DNA from: Cirrosporium novae-zelandiae
Lineage: Eukaryota
Assembly: GCA_026023565.1 (NCBI GenBank)
Contig: JAPETS010000001.1
Location: 310,001-374,000, forward strand
Length of the DNA stretch: 64,000 nt
Reading direction: 5' to 3'
Positions 49,073 through 62,242 of the stretch are shown piece after piece (within the stretch, counting starts at the first letter, position 1; each line of letters starts with the position of its first letter). The position numbers were made by a program, and so were the translations under genes. Under the pieces are notes generated by a model that was not told where the DNA came from, did no database searches, and saw only the letters and a list, made by a program, of their open reading frames with translations.

Positions 49073-51581
49073 ATGGACGTGCCTAATACCAGCCTAAGTG
49101 GCCATCTAGCAAAGAGTAATACATATCATGAACGTTTAAACGTATTTCCCAGTGACGCCTCCTTCATCACTGTCTCAAGTTCGCCTATCAAGGAACCATA
49201 CCAACCTGAACCGACTACCCCACCCCCTACCTGGAAGTTTTTTTGTGCTTTTGGATGTTTGTGTCTTGTAAACCTGATCCTTGCTTTAGGTGAGAACGAC
49301 TATAACTCTTTCCATCCTTGGGCTAACATTATCGATGAATAGACGCGACTTCGATATCGGTCATCCTCCCTGTAGGCTTGGTTCTAATACCTTTTATCAA
49401 ACACAATCAACTCACAAAACTATTAGATTATTGCTAAAGACCTCAATGGTACTGCCATCGAAGCCTTTTGGGCAGGCACTTCTTTTCTCCTTGCCTATAC
49501 TGTCCTCCAACCGACATGTGCATCCCTCTCCGACGTATTTGGCAGGAAGCCCGTTCTCCTCGTCGCATTGATTCTGTTCACAGCAGGTAGTATCGTCGCA
49601 GGAGCTTCCCAGAACTTCACTGCTCTTCTTATCGGAAGAGTGATACAAGGAGTGGGAGGCAGTGGAATTATTGCTCTCACATATGTGATACTCACTGATA
49701 TGGTAACGCTAAGGGATCGTGGCAAATGGAACGGCTTGATTTCCATGATGTGGGCAATTGGAAGCGTTCTAGGCCCTATCATTGGAGGCGCTTTTGGTGA
49801 AAAGGCTTCATGGCGATGGGTATGATTCTTAGCTCTCGTAATTCCTACAACTCGACTAATCAAATTGGATATAGGTGTTCTGGATAAATCTCCCATTCTG
49901 CGGCGTTGCTTTTATCGCCATTATCGTGTTTCTGCATTTGAAATACAAACCCGGCTCGCTCTCAGACAAAATTAAGAAAGTCGACTGGCTGGGAACCTTT
50001 CTGTTCATTGCCAGCCTTACCTCCTTCCTAATACCGATGACTTGGGTACGTACAATGCAATACCTTTAAACGTCCTAATGTTTATACTAGAAAATACTAA
50101 ATTTTATGATTCCTTAGGGTGGGATCCAGTACCCTTGGTCGAGCTGGCGCACCCTCGTCCCTCTCCTTATCGGTGCCGCAGGTCTTATTGGATTTGTTCT
50201 ATATTCAATATTCGTTCGTGCCCGTCGCGGCCTCCAACCGCTGATCCGTGGCTCCATCTTCAAACAACGTATGCACTTGGCCTGCTATTTTGCTACAATC
50301 CTCCATGGGACTATCATCTGGGCGGCCCTTTACTACCTTCCTCTCTATTACCAAGTTACAAAGGCCTTCTCACCCATTATCACCGGTGTCGCCCTCTTCC
50401 CCATGACCTTTACACTCGCCCCTGCCTCTGTCGTCGCTGGTATCTTAATCACTCGCATGGGTACATTCCGCAACCTCATCCGCGTCGGCTTCTTTCTTAC
50501 CATTATTGGCACTGGAATATTCTGCTTCTTAGAAAAGGACTCAACAACCCCACAGTGGGTCTTCATCACGCTGGTCGGACCTGTCGGCCTAGGCCTCTTG
50601 TATCCATCTTTGGCAATTGCAATTCAAGCAGCCGCAACTCCAGAAGATCTCCCTGCAGCAGCTTCCATGTTCTCATTCTTCAGAGCACTAGGCCAGACAT
50701 TAGGTGTTGCGATTGGAGGTGCTGTTTTCCAGAATCAAATGCAACACAATCTCGCCAACTCACCTGATACTTTGCTATCTACCAATGCAGCTACGTATTC
50801 ACAGGATGCCAGCTCCTTGGTTGAAGTAGTCAAAGTGATGGAAGCGTCGACAACAAAGACATTAATAATTGAAGCCTATGTCGATGCATTGAGAGTATTG
50901 TGGGGTGTCATGTGCGCCTTCGCTGCCATCGGAGGTATTGTGTGCCTTATTTGCGTACAAGATCGAATGCTTAATCAAACAATCCAAAGCGACCAGGCTT
51001 GGATCGATGAAAAAGGTGAGATGGGAGCTACAGATCTTGAGGCCTTGGTCGAAACGACAGCTGAAAAGGAAACACTGGGGAGAAAACAAAGCATAACGTC
51101 TACCAATTCAAGCCAGCAGGATGCCGATCACGAGTGCAAAGTTTCTATATCTTCAAATTCTCACTCCATTCGCATTAGAAACCACCAAGTATCCGTAAGT
51201 CGCGTCTCCAAAACACGAAATAAAGACCCCCATTACACCCGCAACCTATCCCATGCCAACAACGCAGATATTGGCACGGAATCGAAATCAAAAGAAAAAT
51301 CAAACGTTCACAAAGGGGAAACCCTTCAAATTCACATGATACCCGCCACAACAGCTAATGTTAACTCGACCAATACCAGCCGAAATGCTAATCACGATAT
51401 TAGGTATGATCTTAACGACGGCGATGTAAACGAAGCCGACCAGGCACCAACAATCCAATTCGGGAAAAGGTTCAGCTCCGGCCTTGGACCAGATTTCCTA
51501 GACGCTATTATGGACGCCTTGAGAGAGGAACAGGCGAGGTTGGTATCATTAGAGAAAGCGCGGAGCCAGGGTCGAGGGTAG
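49073..51581 (+). CDS. MFS drug:H+ antiporter (DHA2/14-TM type), about 5 exons
   Basis: Motifs LSDVFGRK, GRVIQGVGGSG, GSVLGPIIGGAF...WRWVFWINLP, DWLGT.LF, GG..YPW.SW and FFRALG..LGVAIG..VFQN. Confidence 0.92.
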
Positions 51582-52109
51582 TAACCAAAGAGTTTTATGG
51601 GGTTAGAAGGAACGATAGAGGAATGTTCTTTGGGATTTGACTCGACTTGCTTGGCAGCTGTCATATCTAAGCAGAGTCTATCGCAGGCTCCTGACCAAGA
51701 CCCGTAGAGTTATTGTTGAGTAGTGGATCTATCATACTTTGTTCCCGGTTCTCTTTGGCGACTTGATGATATGAGTTTGTGATGGATCTTACTAGCCATG
51801 ATTATTAAACAATTTCTGTACATAATTTAATGTATATAATTAATTTTGTTCCTCACTCACGACCGGTATATTCAAATTCCATGTCGAATTGAAGGCGAAA
51901 AGCTGATCAACTCTTACCTATAGCAGCAAAAGAAGAGTTGAGCAAGTTATTATAGCTCTGCCCGAATCTACAAATAGGCCTCTCCTCGACTTTATGCTAG
52001 AGTCTATTTCCTGACCGAAAACCTATGGGCTAACAGAATTCAATTGTATATCTAGCCTCTAGTTGTTAGGGTTATAGTCTCCTCATCAAGGATTCTCATG
52101 TAGAATATT

Positions 52110-52700
52110 TTAAGTACTGTCTTCGATTTCATTCAGAGCCCTTTCTATCTCCTCCACGATGAGCATATAATCCTGTTCTTGCTTCAAGCCACTCACGACA
52201 GCCACAGCCACTATACCGTCAACACCCTTAACCTTGATGGGTACGCCACCGCCGTGAATTGCATATTGTTCAGCCGTCTCTCCAAGCAGGTAATGGTCTC
52301 TAAATCTAAGCTGATCACCATTGAACTTGACTCGCATGGTCCAGGTGGAGCAACCCCATCGGAGTACGGTCGCACGTTTTCTTGCGACCCAGCGAGCATT
52401 ATCAACCGTGGTGCCATCATTGGTGGCACATGCAAAGAGCGGAACTGCAGGTTCAGTAGGCCTTGTGATGGAAACAAGGCAGGCTTTGTCGGGAAACTCG
52501 GTTTGCAGACGAAGGCGAATAGAGCAGCCAAGGTCCCAGGCAGTCTCGGCATTGAAGTAAGGAAAGACGAGACGGCTATCGAGCTTTATGATTTGAGAGA
52601 TCTAAGGGTAGCCGTGTCAGTGGGGTTAACAATTGACGAAGAGAATGTGTTTGCTTGCTTCTTCTGGGGGATCTCGAGGGGAGTTTGGGATTTCAGCCAT
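52110..52700 (-). CDS. DUF336/UPF0303 (GlcG/HbpS-like heme-binding; YBR137W-like) protein, 2 exons
   Basis: Motifs FNAETAWDLG, GTTVDN.RWV.RKRATVLRWG.STW and YAIHGGGVPI.V.GV.G.VAV.VVSGLKQEQD. The intron ends at 52602. Confidence 0.88.
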
Positions 52701-53340
52701 GATTGAGTATATTTGATTTTATAGGTATTTTTGACTAAGAATGGGAAATTGAGGAATTCTCTGATGCTTTATTATAGTAAAAACCTGATCAGATGTTCAG
52801 GACAAGCAAAGATGAAAAATCTGTTAAGGTGATCCTGCTGTTTTATCTTAAGTCCCTTAGATCAGCCGTAGTTTCTTATCTAGCCTTTTCCCCTCCATCC
52901 AACTCATCTCTCATTTTTTTTCCATCTTTCTTCACCAAGTAATCAAAGCTATGCTTTGATAATTTGACATTTTTGCAATGAGTGAGATATTTACAACTAA
53001 TAATAGGAAAAAGTAATGGCGATGGTGGCAGATAATTAGTCTGGTCATGCTGTCAGGGCCCATCTCAAAAGAGTTTAGAGTATCTACAGTAGTGATACGT
53101 TTCTTGGTCATGATTTCCCATCTTTCCGTTATCCCTCTGAGTAGAACGCCCGGAACCCTACCAGTGCCTGGACACACCCGAACACCACTGAACACCACTT
53201 GGGGAACTCTTTTCCCTTCTTCCTCCTGGTCTCTGGTCTCCAGTCTTTGGTCTTTTTCTTTCTTTTTTTTGCTTCTTTTTTTCCCTCTCTCCACTCCAGA
53301 TGGACTGAGGTACACTAACATCTAAACAAAGACTGCAGCC

Positions 53341-55161
53341 ATGGATCCTCTCATCCGGGCTGAGGTTGACAAACTCGACTCCCAAGTTCCTTTCCGCGCA
53401 AGCCAAAATCATCTCCACTCTACTTGGGCAAAGACCTTTTTCTCTCGTCCAGAGCTATACATCTCCCCAGAATCCACAGAGGAGATTTCTAAGATTATCA
53501 AGGTTGCACGAAGATGTCGCCGACGAATTGTTGTCACTGGAAGTGCGCATTCGCCTTCCGACTTAACTTGTACCTCATCATGGATGGTGAATCTTGATGG
53601 GATGAACAAGATTGTCAATATTGACAGAGAGAAAGATACGGTGACAATGCAAAGTGGAATTCGTCTGTATATGCTCTCTAGACAATTGAAGGAAGAGGGT
53701 CTTACCCTTCCAAATCTTGGAAGCATTGACGATCAATCCATCGCCGGCGTAATCGCAACAGCTACCCACGGTAGTAGCTTGAACCATGGCCTCATCTCTT
53801 CGATGATTCTTTCCCTCAAAATTATACTTGCCAATGGTCGCGAAGTTCGCTGCTCGGCAGCCCAAAATGTTGATCTCTTTCGCGCCGCTCTGGTGAGTCT
53901 CGGTGCCTTGGGAATCATTACCGAAGTCACCATCCAAGCTGTCCCCTCCTTCAGCATCGAATGGTATCAGTCCTTAAGTCCACTTTCGGATATTCTCTCC
54001 ACTTGGTCCTCCACCCTCTGGACGTCTTCCGAATTCACCCGCGTGTGGTGGCTTCCCTACACACAGCGTGCGCTCATCTGGAGTGCCAACCGCTCCACCA
54101 AGCCCCAACGTCTCCAAAAACCATCATGGCTGTCTGGTTTCCTTGGATACCAAGTCTATCAGATACTTTTATATATTTCTAATTACATCCCCCGAATTAT
54201 TCCCTCACTGGAGTACTTTGTCATCGGCGTCCAGTATGGTTTCTCCCCCGAGAACAACATCTCCAACTCCGGCGTTGAAGACTCCCGCACCGGTCTCCTC
54301 ATGAACTGTCTGTTTAGTCAATTTGTGAATGAATGGGCGATGCCTATATCAAAAGGTCCTGAAGCGATCAACCGGCTCTCGGCTTGGATCAATGGCGGCC
54401 CCTTCTCCGAACACCACATTCCATACTCGTCCAAAGGCATCTACGTTCACGCTCCCATCGAAGTCCGCATCTCCAACACAACCCCATATGCTAATCCATC
54501 AACCCACCCTCGCCCATTCTTAGACAATACCTGCCCCTCGGAACCTACCCTCTACCTCAACGCAACTCTCTACCGCCCTTTTAACACCGACCCACCCTGC
54601 ACTCGCACATACTACCTCGCATTCGAATACCTAATGAAAGACCTCGGCGCAAAACCTCACTGGGCGAAAAACTTCCTCAGCGTCGAGCGCGAGGAGATTG
54701 AGGAGATGTACGGCCAGGATCTGGAGAGCTGGCGAAAAGTTCGTCGCGACGTGGATCCCGATGGCTTGTTCGCGGGGGCATGGCACCGACGATTAATCCT
54801 CTCGGAACAAGATAAACTGATCCTAGAAGAGCGAGAGAAACCTCGACGAGGCGAACGTCAGCGATTCGAGGGCGGCAGAATGTGGGTCGGTGAGCAAACG
54901 CACTCGGAGTCGGAAGAAGAGGAACCCATCAACGAGGTCGAAAGGAAGAGAAGGGAAAGCGAAAGCGGAACCAGTGTCGGTGCGCAGAGCACTGCCGATA
55001 GCGTAGGGAGTTTCGATATGATGATGGGAGCGGAAGCAAGCGTGCTTCTGCCAGGCTATGAACGTGAACGTGAATACCACCGTACGCATGTAGAGGCCAC
55101 CTTGGATGACATGCTTGGATCTGGCGACGAGCATGAGGCTGCGATGCGCGATCTTTCCTAA
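53341..55161 (+). CDS. ALO1: D-arabinono-1,4-lactone oxidase (FAD-linked)
   Basis: Motifs TWAKTF, GSAHSPSDL (covalent FAD His), LPNLGSI..QSIAG.IATATHGS, SLGALGII, QFVNEWA, HAPIEVR and KPHWAK. Confidence 0.93.
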   Translation: MDPLIRAEVDKLDSQVPFRASQNHLHSTWAKTFFSRPELYISPESTEEISKIIKVARRCRRRIVVTGSAHSPSDLTCTSSWMVNLDGMNKIVNIDREKDTVTMQSGIRLYMLSRQLKEEGLTLPNLGSIDDQSIAGVIATATHGSSLNHGLISSMILSLKIILANGREVRCSAAQNVDLFRAALVSLGALGIITEVTIQAVPSFSIEWYQSLSPLSDILSTWSSTLWTSSEFTRVWWLPYTQRALIWSANRSTKPQRLQKPSWLSGFLGYQVYQILLYISNYIPRIIPSLEYFVIGVQYGFSPENNISNSGVEDSRTGLLMNCLFSQFVNEWAMPISKGPEAINRLSAWINGGPFSEHHIPYSSKGIYVHAPIEVRISNTTPYANPSTHPRPFLDNTCPSEPTLYLNATLYRPFNTDPPCTRTYYLAFEYLMKDLGAKPHWAKNFLSVEREEIEEMYGQDLESWRKVRRDVDPDGLFAGAWHRRLILSEQDKLILEEREKPRRGERQRFEGGRMWVGEQTHSESEEEEPINEVERKRRESESGTSVGAQSTADSVGSFDMMMGAEASVLLPGYEREREYHRTHVEATLDDMLGSGDEHEAAMRDLS

Positions 55162-55175
55162 AATGTGAACCATTT

Positions 55176-55200
55176 ACACACACACACACACACACACACA
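55176..55200. repeat. (AC)12 microsatellite
   Basis: Read directly from the sequence, just after the ALO1 stop codon. Confidence 0.95.
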
Positions 55201-55527
55201 AATATAACTACATATACCTTCAACCCTTCACGATTCAGTGCATATGCGTGTAAATATATGGTTGGTTTCAACGAGCATGAATGCCTAGGGAGGGGGGTTA
55301 CTACGTAGGGGGGAAAAAAAACATGATTTCTTTTTCTCATGATGATTGATGATGGTGATAGTGAAGGCAAAAACGAATTGAGATAAATATGGAAAATTGT
55401 GTACTCCTCCTCTTCCTCCTTCCTACTCTATGAAGTACTATAAGATCCTTAATGGGAATGAGAAATTGAGAATCCTTAAAATTGAATTATTTTTTTGAAG
55501 ATTCTATTTGTCTTACCTATCTACCTA

Positions 55528-55562
55528 CCTCCTCCTCCTCCTCCTCCTCCTCCTCCTCCTCC
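55528..55562. repeat. (CCT)11 microsatellite
   Basis: Read directly from the sequence. Confidence 0.95.
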
Positions 55563-56417
55563 ATCCTCTATGAAGTACTATACTCTAAGTCCTTAACGAG
55601 AATAAGAATGAAAATCCTAAAATTAAAAAAAAATTGTGAGAGAGAGAGGTTCTATTTACCGCTACCTACAAAAAAAAGAAGTCGATGTCATCAAAAAAAA
55701 AATTTTTCATAAAATAAAATCATTTAATTCTTCATTTCATGAATTTATTTGCCTGACCTGCCTGTCTGTCTGCTTTAACCATCAGACGCCAACAAACCAA
55801 ACCAGGCTCCCTCTCCTCTCGCTGTCTGTCTGTCTGTCTCTATATGTTTAAAAAAAAATAAAAACAAAAATAAAACACATCGCTGAACCTCCGGTACACA
55901 AAATGCCCGAGAAATGCGAATTGTGCCTCACAACCTTATACACCTCACACATGCCTTTGCCTTTGCCTTTCCTTCCTCACGCCTTTCCTCACGCCTAGAT
56001 GGGTTCTTGGTGGTTGTAGAAATCCAATATAGAGCCCCGAGACGGGGGGGACACACAAACACCCTTGATACTTTGGCTCGCTCGCTCTTCTCTCGTCACA
56101 CCCTATTATGAACAAAAAAAAAGAGACCATGATTTGAAAACGAAACACTTGACACCGGGTCGATGACGGACAGACAGCAAGTCCCCCCCCTGCGCCGCTT
56201 TCTTCCTTTACCACCGATATATTCCGAACATAAACACATCAAGGTAATCGTTTGATCGCTGAAGATCTGCAAACATAAAAAAAAAGTTGAAAAAAAAAAC
56301 GTTGCCGTCAAGTCATCTACTACATCACCTCTCCCTTCTTAATCCTGTAAATCCAAATAAAATCTGACCGGATGCAATAAAAAACACCAGTTTCTTTGAT
56401 CCCCAAAACTTATAAAT

Positions 56418-59400
56418 CTAGCCACCAATTGCCTCCATGGCCTCCCCCAGATTTATAACCTTTGGTACCATAGATCCTTTTTTAGGTGTCATATTCTGCC
56501 GTCTATCATCCCATTTCCTGAAAATATTCTTCAAATCTCGTGGCACAGGCGCTCCTGGCATGATGACTGTGCCGATAGGAACGAAAGGTCGGTCTTCGAG
56601 CGATGCTGCTAGAATCCCATATTCCTGTACAAACCTGATAGCTGTTTTGGTCTCAGATAGTTTTGTGGTGGCTTTAGAACCAACGATACTAGAAATATAA
56701 TCAGTATGGGTAACTTACTAAAAGTCGATAAAAAAAACTTACATATAAATTTCAAAAAACCCATCCAAAACATATATTTCTCCTTCATCCAAATCTTCCT
56801 GACAGAACGGTACCACCTCCGTAATCCGAGCTGGTAACTTCCCATTATCGGTTGCTGAGCCTCTCTTCGTCCAGCTCTGGACAAAACTAGTCGTGAAGCT
56901 CGATGCCGATTTTGGTCGATAGTCATGCTCAATATGCAAAAGCCTGCAATCATATTGTTCAGACTTAGATTTGAGACGCCAATAATCTGTAGACGCTGAT
57001 TCCGGTCGACCTGCACTACCGTTGGGAAATGATTCGAAGAAGCTAGCCGGCTCCTTGCCCTCAACTACCTCCTCAATTTCACCCGTGAGACCTAGGTCCA
57101 TTCCGATGAGTCTCGCACAGCCTAGTTCATCTGCCCCGCAGCCTTTACCTTCCCAGAGGTATAGTTTTCCAAATTTAGCGGAAATAATAAAAGGAAATCC
57201 GGAGCAAAGATTCTTGATGTTAAGTTCTACTTCATCAAAAGCGATTTGACCTAGATGACGGCGACCACAGAGCATGTACATGGCAGTGGAGTTATGACGT
57301 GAGCTTGAACCTCGTCTAGTGATTACAATGCCGCCTAGGGCTTGGAAAAAAGTTGAGGGTTCCTTTCCTTGCCGTAGAATAATGAGCTTGCCACTGTTTT
57401 CTCTGGCGACTTTTCGGCCGAATAACTGGGCGTCTTCAATAGCAGCCTCTGAGATTCCGGATCCACACCAAAGATAGACCTCTGTTACTTTTGAACCATT
57501 GGAGGCTCCAAACACATGCGTACACAAATACATGCATTCATCAAACAAAATATGCTCCTGGTGGGGAGGAACAGGCAATTGCTTGCCATCACCAGTAACT
57601 TCCCAAATTTGTTTTCGCAAAGTCTTGATCTTATCGGGGACACCATGACAAGAATTGATTATAGTTTGAGTATCAAATTCAATCTCCTTGTTTGTTACTT
57701 CATCTTCTTCAAAAAATTCGGCAAACATACGGCCTGCTTCGGTATCTTTTTTAAGCGTAGGTAGAGGACCTGAAACGGATAAAGAACTATTATGGCTCAC
57801 TTTACGAGCAAGATCTGGTTTCTTTGGAGGAATTAATGGAGACTTAGATAGAGTTTTAGTTAAGATATTGGGAGGTAAAGGAGGTTCGGGTTTCTCGGTC
57901 GGTAAGGGTTTTTGTGTTAAGAATACAGATTTAAGGCCTAGTCCGACTGGAGCTTTCTGTGGAATTGGAGGAAGTGGAGATTGTTTGACAGCCTCGACTG
58001 AATCCTTAGGAGGTACCTTTGGCGGGCTAATATTTCCTGGGGATGTTGCATCCGAAGCAGGAGATTTGCCCCATAAAGCAGCTGCACCTTTCACTGAGAA
58101 ACTAGGGAGTACTTCCTTAGGAGGCTCTGGGTCCTTCGCTTCCGGCTTCTTTGATTTTTCCAACTCGGAAGTCTTTAATGAGAGTGGTTTAATGTTTTCT
58201 TTTGAAGCGATAGTATCAAATTTAGGAGGAGTCTGAATAGGTTGTGGTTTCGGACTAGCTTTATCAAAATGTTGGGATGCCTTTTGTCGTAAATCTGTTG
58301 ATTTTGGTGAGACAGTTGGTTTTGATTTATCAGACGATGAGCTCGATGCTCGAGGTGAGTTCCATGTACGATCCTCTGTGATTGATTTTGTTGGTAGGAT
58401 GATCGGCTCGGGGGCTTTCCCTTCCTTTTTCTCGTTCCGTGAATTTAGAACGCCTATAGGAATATCACCTAACTTTGGCGAAGGCTTTACTAAAGGCTTC
58501 TCGATCACCAGAGAAGGAGATGACTTTGATATAGGTGATGGTGATTTTTCAGGAGTTGCTACTTTCTCAGCTTCTTTGGCATGTCTTTTCTTCGGACCAC
58601 GAGCTCTTCCCTTTGTTAGATGCGTTAACTGAGCACTAGACGAAGATTCGCCCTCATTCTGATTTCCTTTACTAGCGGACCCAGAGCTCAGCGAAGGACT
58701 TGTTCTCCTTCCACCTGTATTTGTTAAGGGGGATGGACCCCGGGCTAGTAACCCAGCAAGAGCCGGATTAAACCTATCTGCTAGTTTGCTGGCCTTTATT
58801 GGAAACTTTTGAGATGGCTCTATTGGTGAGGCTTTCTTTTTGGGTGGCTCTGATTCAGGCTGACTTCCAAATTTTATATCTTTCAGAACGCTAGAAGCTG
58901 GCGTGATCTTCTCAACTCGTTTTTCAATTGGCTTAGCGACTCGTTTCTCGATTGGTTTCTCTATTGATTTCTCGACTAGCTTCTCGACTGGCTTCTCGAC
59001 TGGTTTCTCAACTGGTTTCTCAAAGGATTTCCCAAGGAGTTTCTCAATCGGTTTCTCAATCGGTTTCTCAATCGGTTTCTCGATCGGCTTCTTCACTGGT
59101 TTCTCGACTAGTTTTTCGGCGGGAATACTTCCATCAAGTGCACTATCTGATCTCTTTAAAGCCTTTTTTTTTGCAAGAGCTTCTGGCAATGGGGACTCTT
59201 CAGTTTTCGAGGGGGTGTTGATACCAGCTTTCCAAGGAGGAATTGTACGCGTTGCGTTAATGGTCTCTTTCTGCTTAATGAGGCTTTGCCTAAACTCATC
59301 CTTTCTTTCAGTCTTTTTGGGACCTCCAGTCAACGACAACCCAGCTTTTCCTCGCAGAATATTACCTTTCAACTCATCCGGAGCAACATAATTTTGGGTC

Positions 59401-61707
59401 TGTGTCCTTCTCAACCTCCCAAACACGTTTTTGAATTCCAACTCTTCACCTGACTTTTCACCCGACTTCCCTGAAAAACTTGAAGTTTGTCGAGCTCGAA
59501 GACTGGTCCTGAAGCTACTGCCAGTTTCTGGAGGTTTTGTTGGGCGAAGGGAAGGCTTTCTCGAGTCAAGGCTAGGGGATATTTTGCCAGTCATTGTATC
59601 TGAACCCCTCTCTAACGAAGTAAGCTTTTCTAGTGCATTATCTCTGGCGGTCGGGGAAATTGGGCTGGTCACGCTCGCAGGGCTATTGCTTCCTGCTCTC
59701 TCTTTAGATTGATCGGTACTCTTGGGACTATCAACCTTCTCCCTTTCAGGAGATGCATTTGATCTAGATTTCCCGACTCTATATGCTCCAAATACATCTT
59801 CAGGACCACTAGTACTAATTGGACTAGGTAACCCTTTCGGAGGTGAGTTCAAACCACCTGGAGGAGGTGATCGCATTAGACCGCCAGTCGTTACTTCTTT
59901 GAATGTTGAATGTTTCCCAAGATCAATACTCCCAGATTTGCCAAGATCAACACTGGCACGCTGCTGCTTTGCCTTGGCAATTTCAGCCATCCAACTTGGT
60001 GGTGGTGGAGCTGCTGATTTTGCCTTTGGTGAGTCGGGTCTTGTGATGGCACTCTCAAGCCAACTGGCTTTCGTTGGACTCCACCGCCTAGGATTCATTG
60101 TTTTCGTAGGGCTGGTCGGTAACGTAGCGTCTGGTGATGGAGTTTGTTCTTTCGATGAAGCTTCTTGACTTGCTGGTGACTCCTTTGGAGTAGGGAGGGC
60201 TGGTTTCTTGAACCATGTATCTGACACGGCCCCAGTCTCCGTTGTATTCAGGGTTGGTTCTGTAGTTGTAGTGTCGTCCATATCCTTTGAGTCTGTTGTA
60301 GAATCCTGGTCCAGATCTGGCTTTGGGGGAGGCATTGAGCGATCACGGCTTTTCGAGGGACTATGTGGTCGCGCAGTAGTTGAACCAGAGTATCCGCCAT
60401 TATTGCTGGAAATCGAATTTCCTCTAGTTAAGCCAGGACGAGCTTGGGAACTCCACCTCTTACTAACACTGTCGGATCGTTTCATCATCGCGCTCTGAAC
60501 AAAGCCGCCAAGACCTTTTGTCGGTGATGGAGGTCGATCTGATGTTAAGCGTTCTTGCGAAGGGGACATGGCCATGGATAGTCGACTTGGATTCGAAGTC
60601 TCCTCGGAGGCTTCGGAGTCTGGTGGGTCAAAGCGTTGGGCAGCTGTTGTTGGAAGCGGCGATCTAAACCCACCGCTTGTTGAGACCGAGGATGCACTTG
60701 GGAAACGATTGCCCAAGCCAGTCCCATTGAGGACCGAACTGGGACGCGAAGGAGATTTGGCTCGTGTATCACCATAGATGGAGGTTCGATTCTGCTCTGA
60801 TTCAGTAGTGGATTCACGGGAGAAGCCAGGTAAGCGTACGTTCCCACTAACGGAGGAGACGTCCGACATCCCATCTTCTTGATTCTTTTTATATGCTGCC
60901 GAACCAATCCCACGATCTGATGTTTGTTTGAAACAGGAAGGATCCTTTGCACCTAAAGATTCGACAATCTGACTTCGGGAAAGCTCAGCGTCATCCGCTA
61001 GTTTCGGCTCTGGTGTAGATTTGGGGGACCTTGATGCACTATTCTCCGCAGCCAGCATTGACAATGGACGATTGCGTGAGCTGGATGATCCCCGTGAGGT
61101 TGGTCGCTGTTGCCAAGACAAAGTGCCAGATCTTGAAGGCATTCCCGCACTGGGGGAAGGTTTTGAAAAGGTCATGGGTTTTATGGGGGGTTGGGGCAGC
61201 TCTCGTGAGGATTCTTTGCTCGGTGCATCATCTGGAGATATTGTTTTGGAGGGCGGTGAATTCTCATCGTGTGTATCATCAGATGTTGAGCGAAGGGTGG
61301 ATGAAGGTGTAAATGTTTCGGGAGGTGAAGAGATCTGTCTCTGTGTGGGAGAATCCATCTTTGAATCGTCGGAACCTGTGGTTACAGAATACAAAGGAGA
61401 ATCCTTCGCTGGTGATATAGATCTAGCCCGCTCTGTAGGATAAGATTGAAATTGAGATTAGCCTAGGCAAAGTGACTCTCCAAACACAAAAGGTTTGACA
61501 TGTTGACATACCAGCCCGGCGAGCTTGCCTCTCTTTCCTTCCTTGAATGATTTCCTCTTCTAGTTTTCGAGTACGTTCCTCATCCTCTTTATCACGTTTG
61601 TCTCCTAGTTCACGAATCCGTTGTAGGAAATCATTGACATCTTCAGAGCCTTCGTAGTCGACAGTGTGTGCGACGGAGGATCTATGGGTAGGAGGTGTGT
61701 GTGACAT
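56418..61707 (-). CDS. DUF4045 + C-terminal gelsolin/villin-like repeat protein (putative actin regulator), 3 exons
   Basis: N-terminus [38 protein letters not shown], then a Ser/Pro-rich [26 protein letters not shown] region. The gelsolin-like end has [36 protein letters not shown] and [14 protein letters not shown]. Confidence 0.88.
58905..59115 (-). repeat. In-frame 12-bp degenerate tandem repeat encoding ([12 protein letters not shown])n
   Basis: Protein segment [28 protein letters not shown]...[28 protein letters not shown]. Confidence 0.9.
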
Positions 61708-62242
61708 GTTGACAAAATAGAAGACGCGCTCCAGTAGTCCAGCAGGAGGTAAACTGAGAGCGCGGGGCTTTTTTGGTAACAATGCACTGCTCTCACAGGA
61801 CAATTATCGGGGACTGGGATCTACAATTACTTCCAAGTCAAGCGGATATTTTTGAACGATGCCGATGGGCCATGGGCCATGGGAATTATTGGTATTACTC
61901 GGTACCTTACTCGGTACTTACTGTACCAGGCACTAGCCAGTAAGCCACCTTTGGTACCTGAATGCCTCTTCTACTCGAGTATTATCTACGAGGCAACTAG
62001 TGACGTTTTTTTCCCATTAATTCATCATTCAATTGTATACATAATTCCTACTTTCTCTGTTTATTATCCTGTCAGGCGGGAAGGCGCTTTTATTTACCCA
62101 TCTGTTGCTAAGGTGAAAAGGAACATAAGAAACCCAAACGGTCATTCTCGGTCATACAATTCTTAACCCAAAAATCCAAAATAACCCAGGCCTGTATATC
62201 TGCAACCAACTTCCCAGTAAACTCTTCCAAATGTTTCATAAA

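Noticed and set aside
57022..61443. Many plus-strand ORFs of 69-182 aa
   Set aside because: They are antisense shadows of the long Ser/Pro/Lys-rich gelsolin-like CDS.
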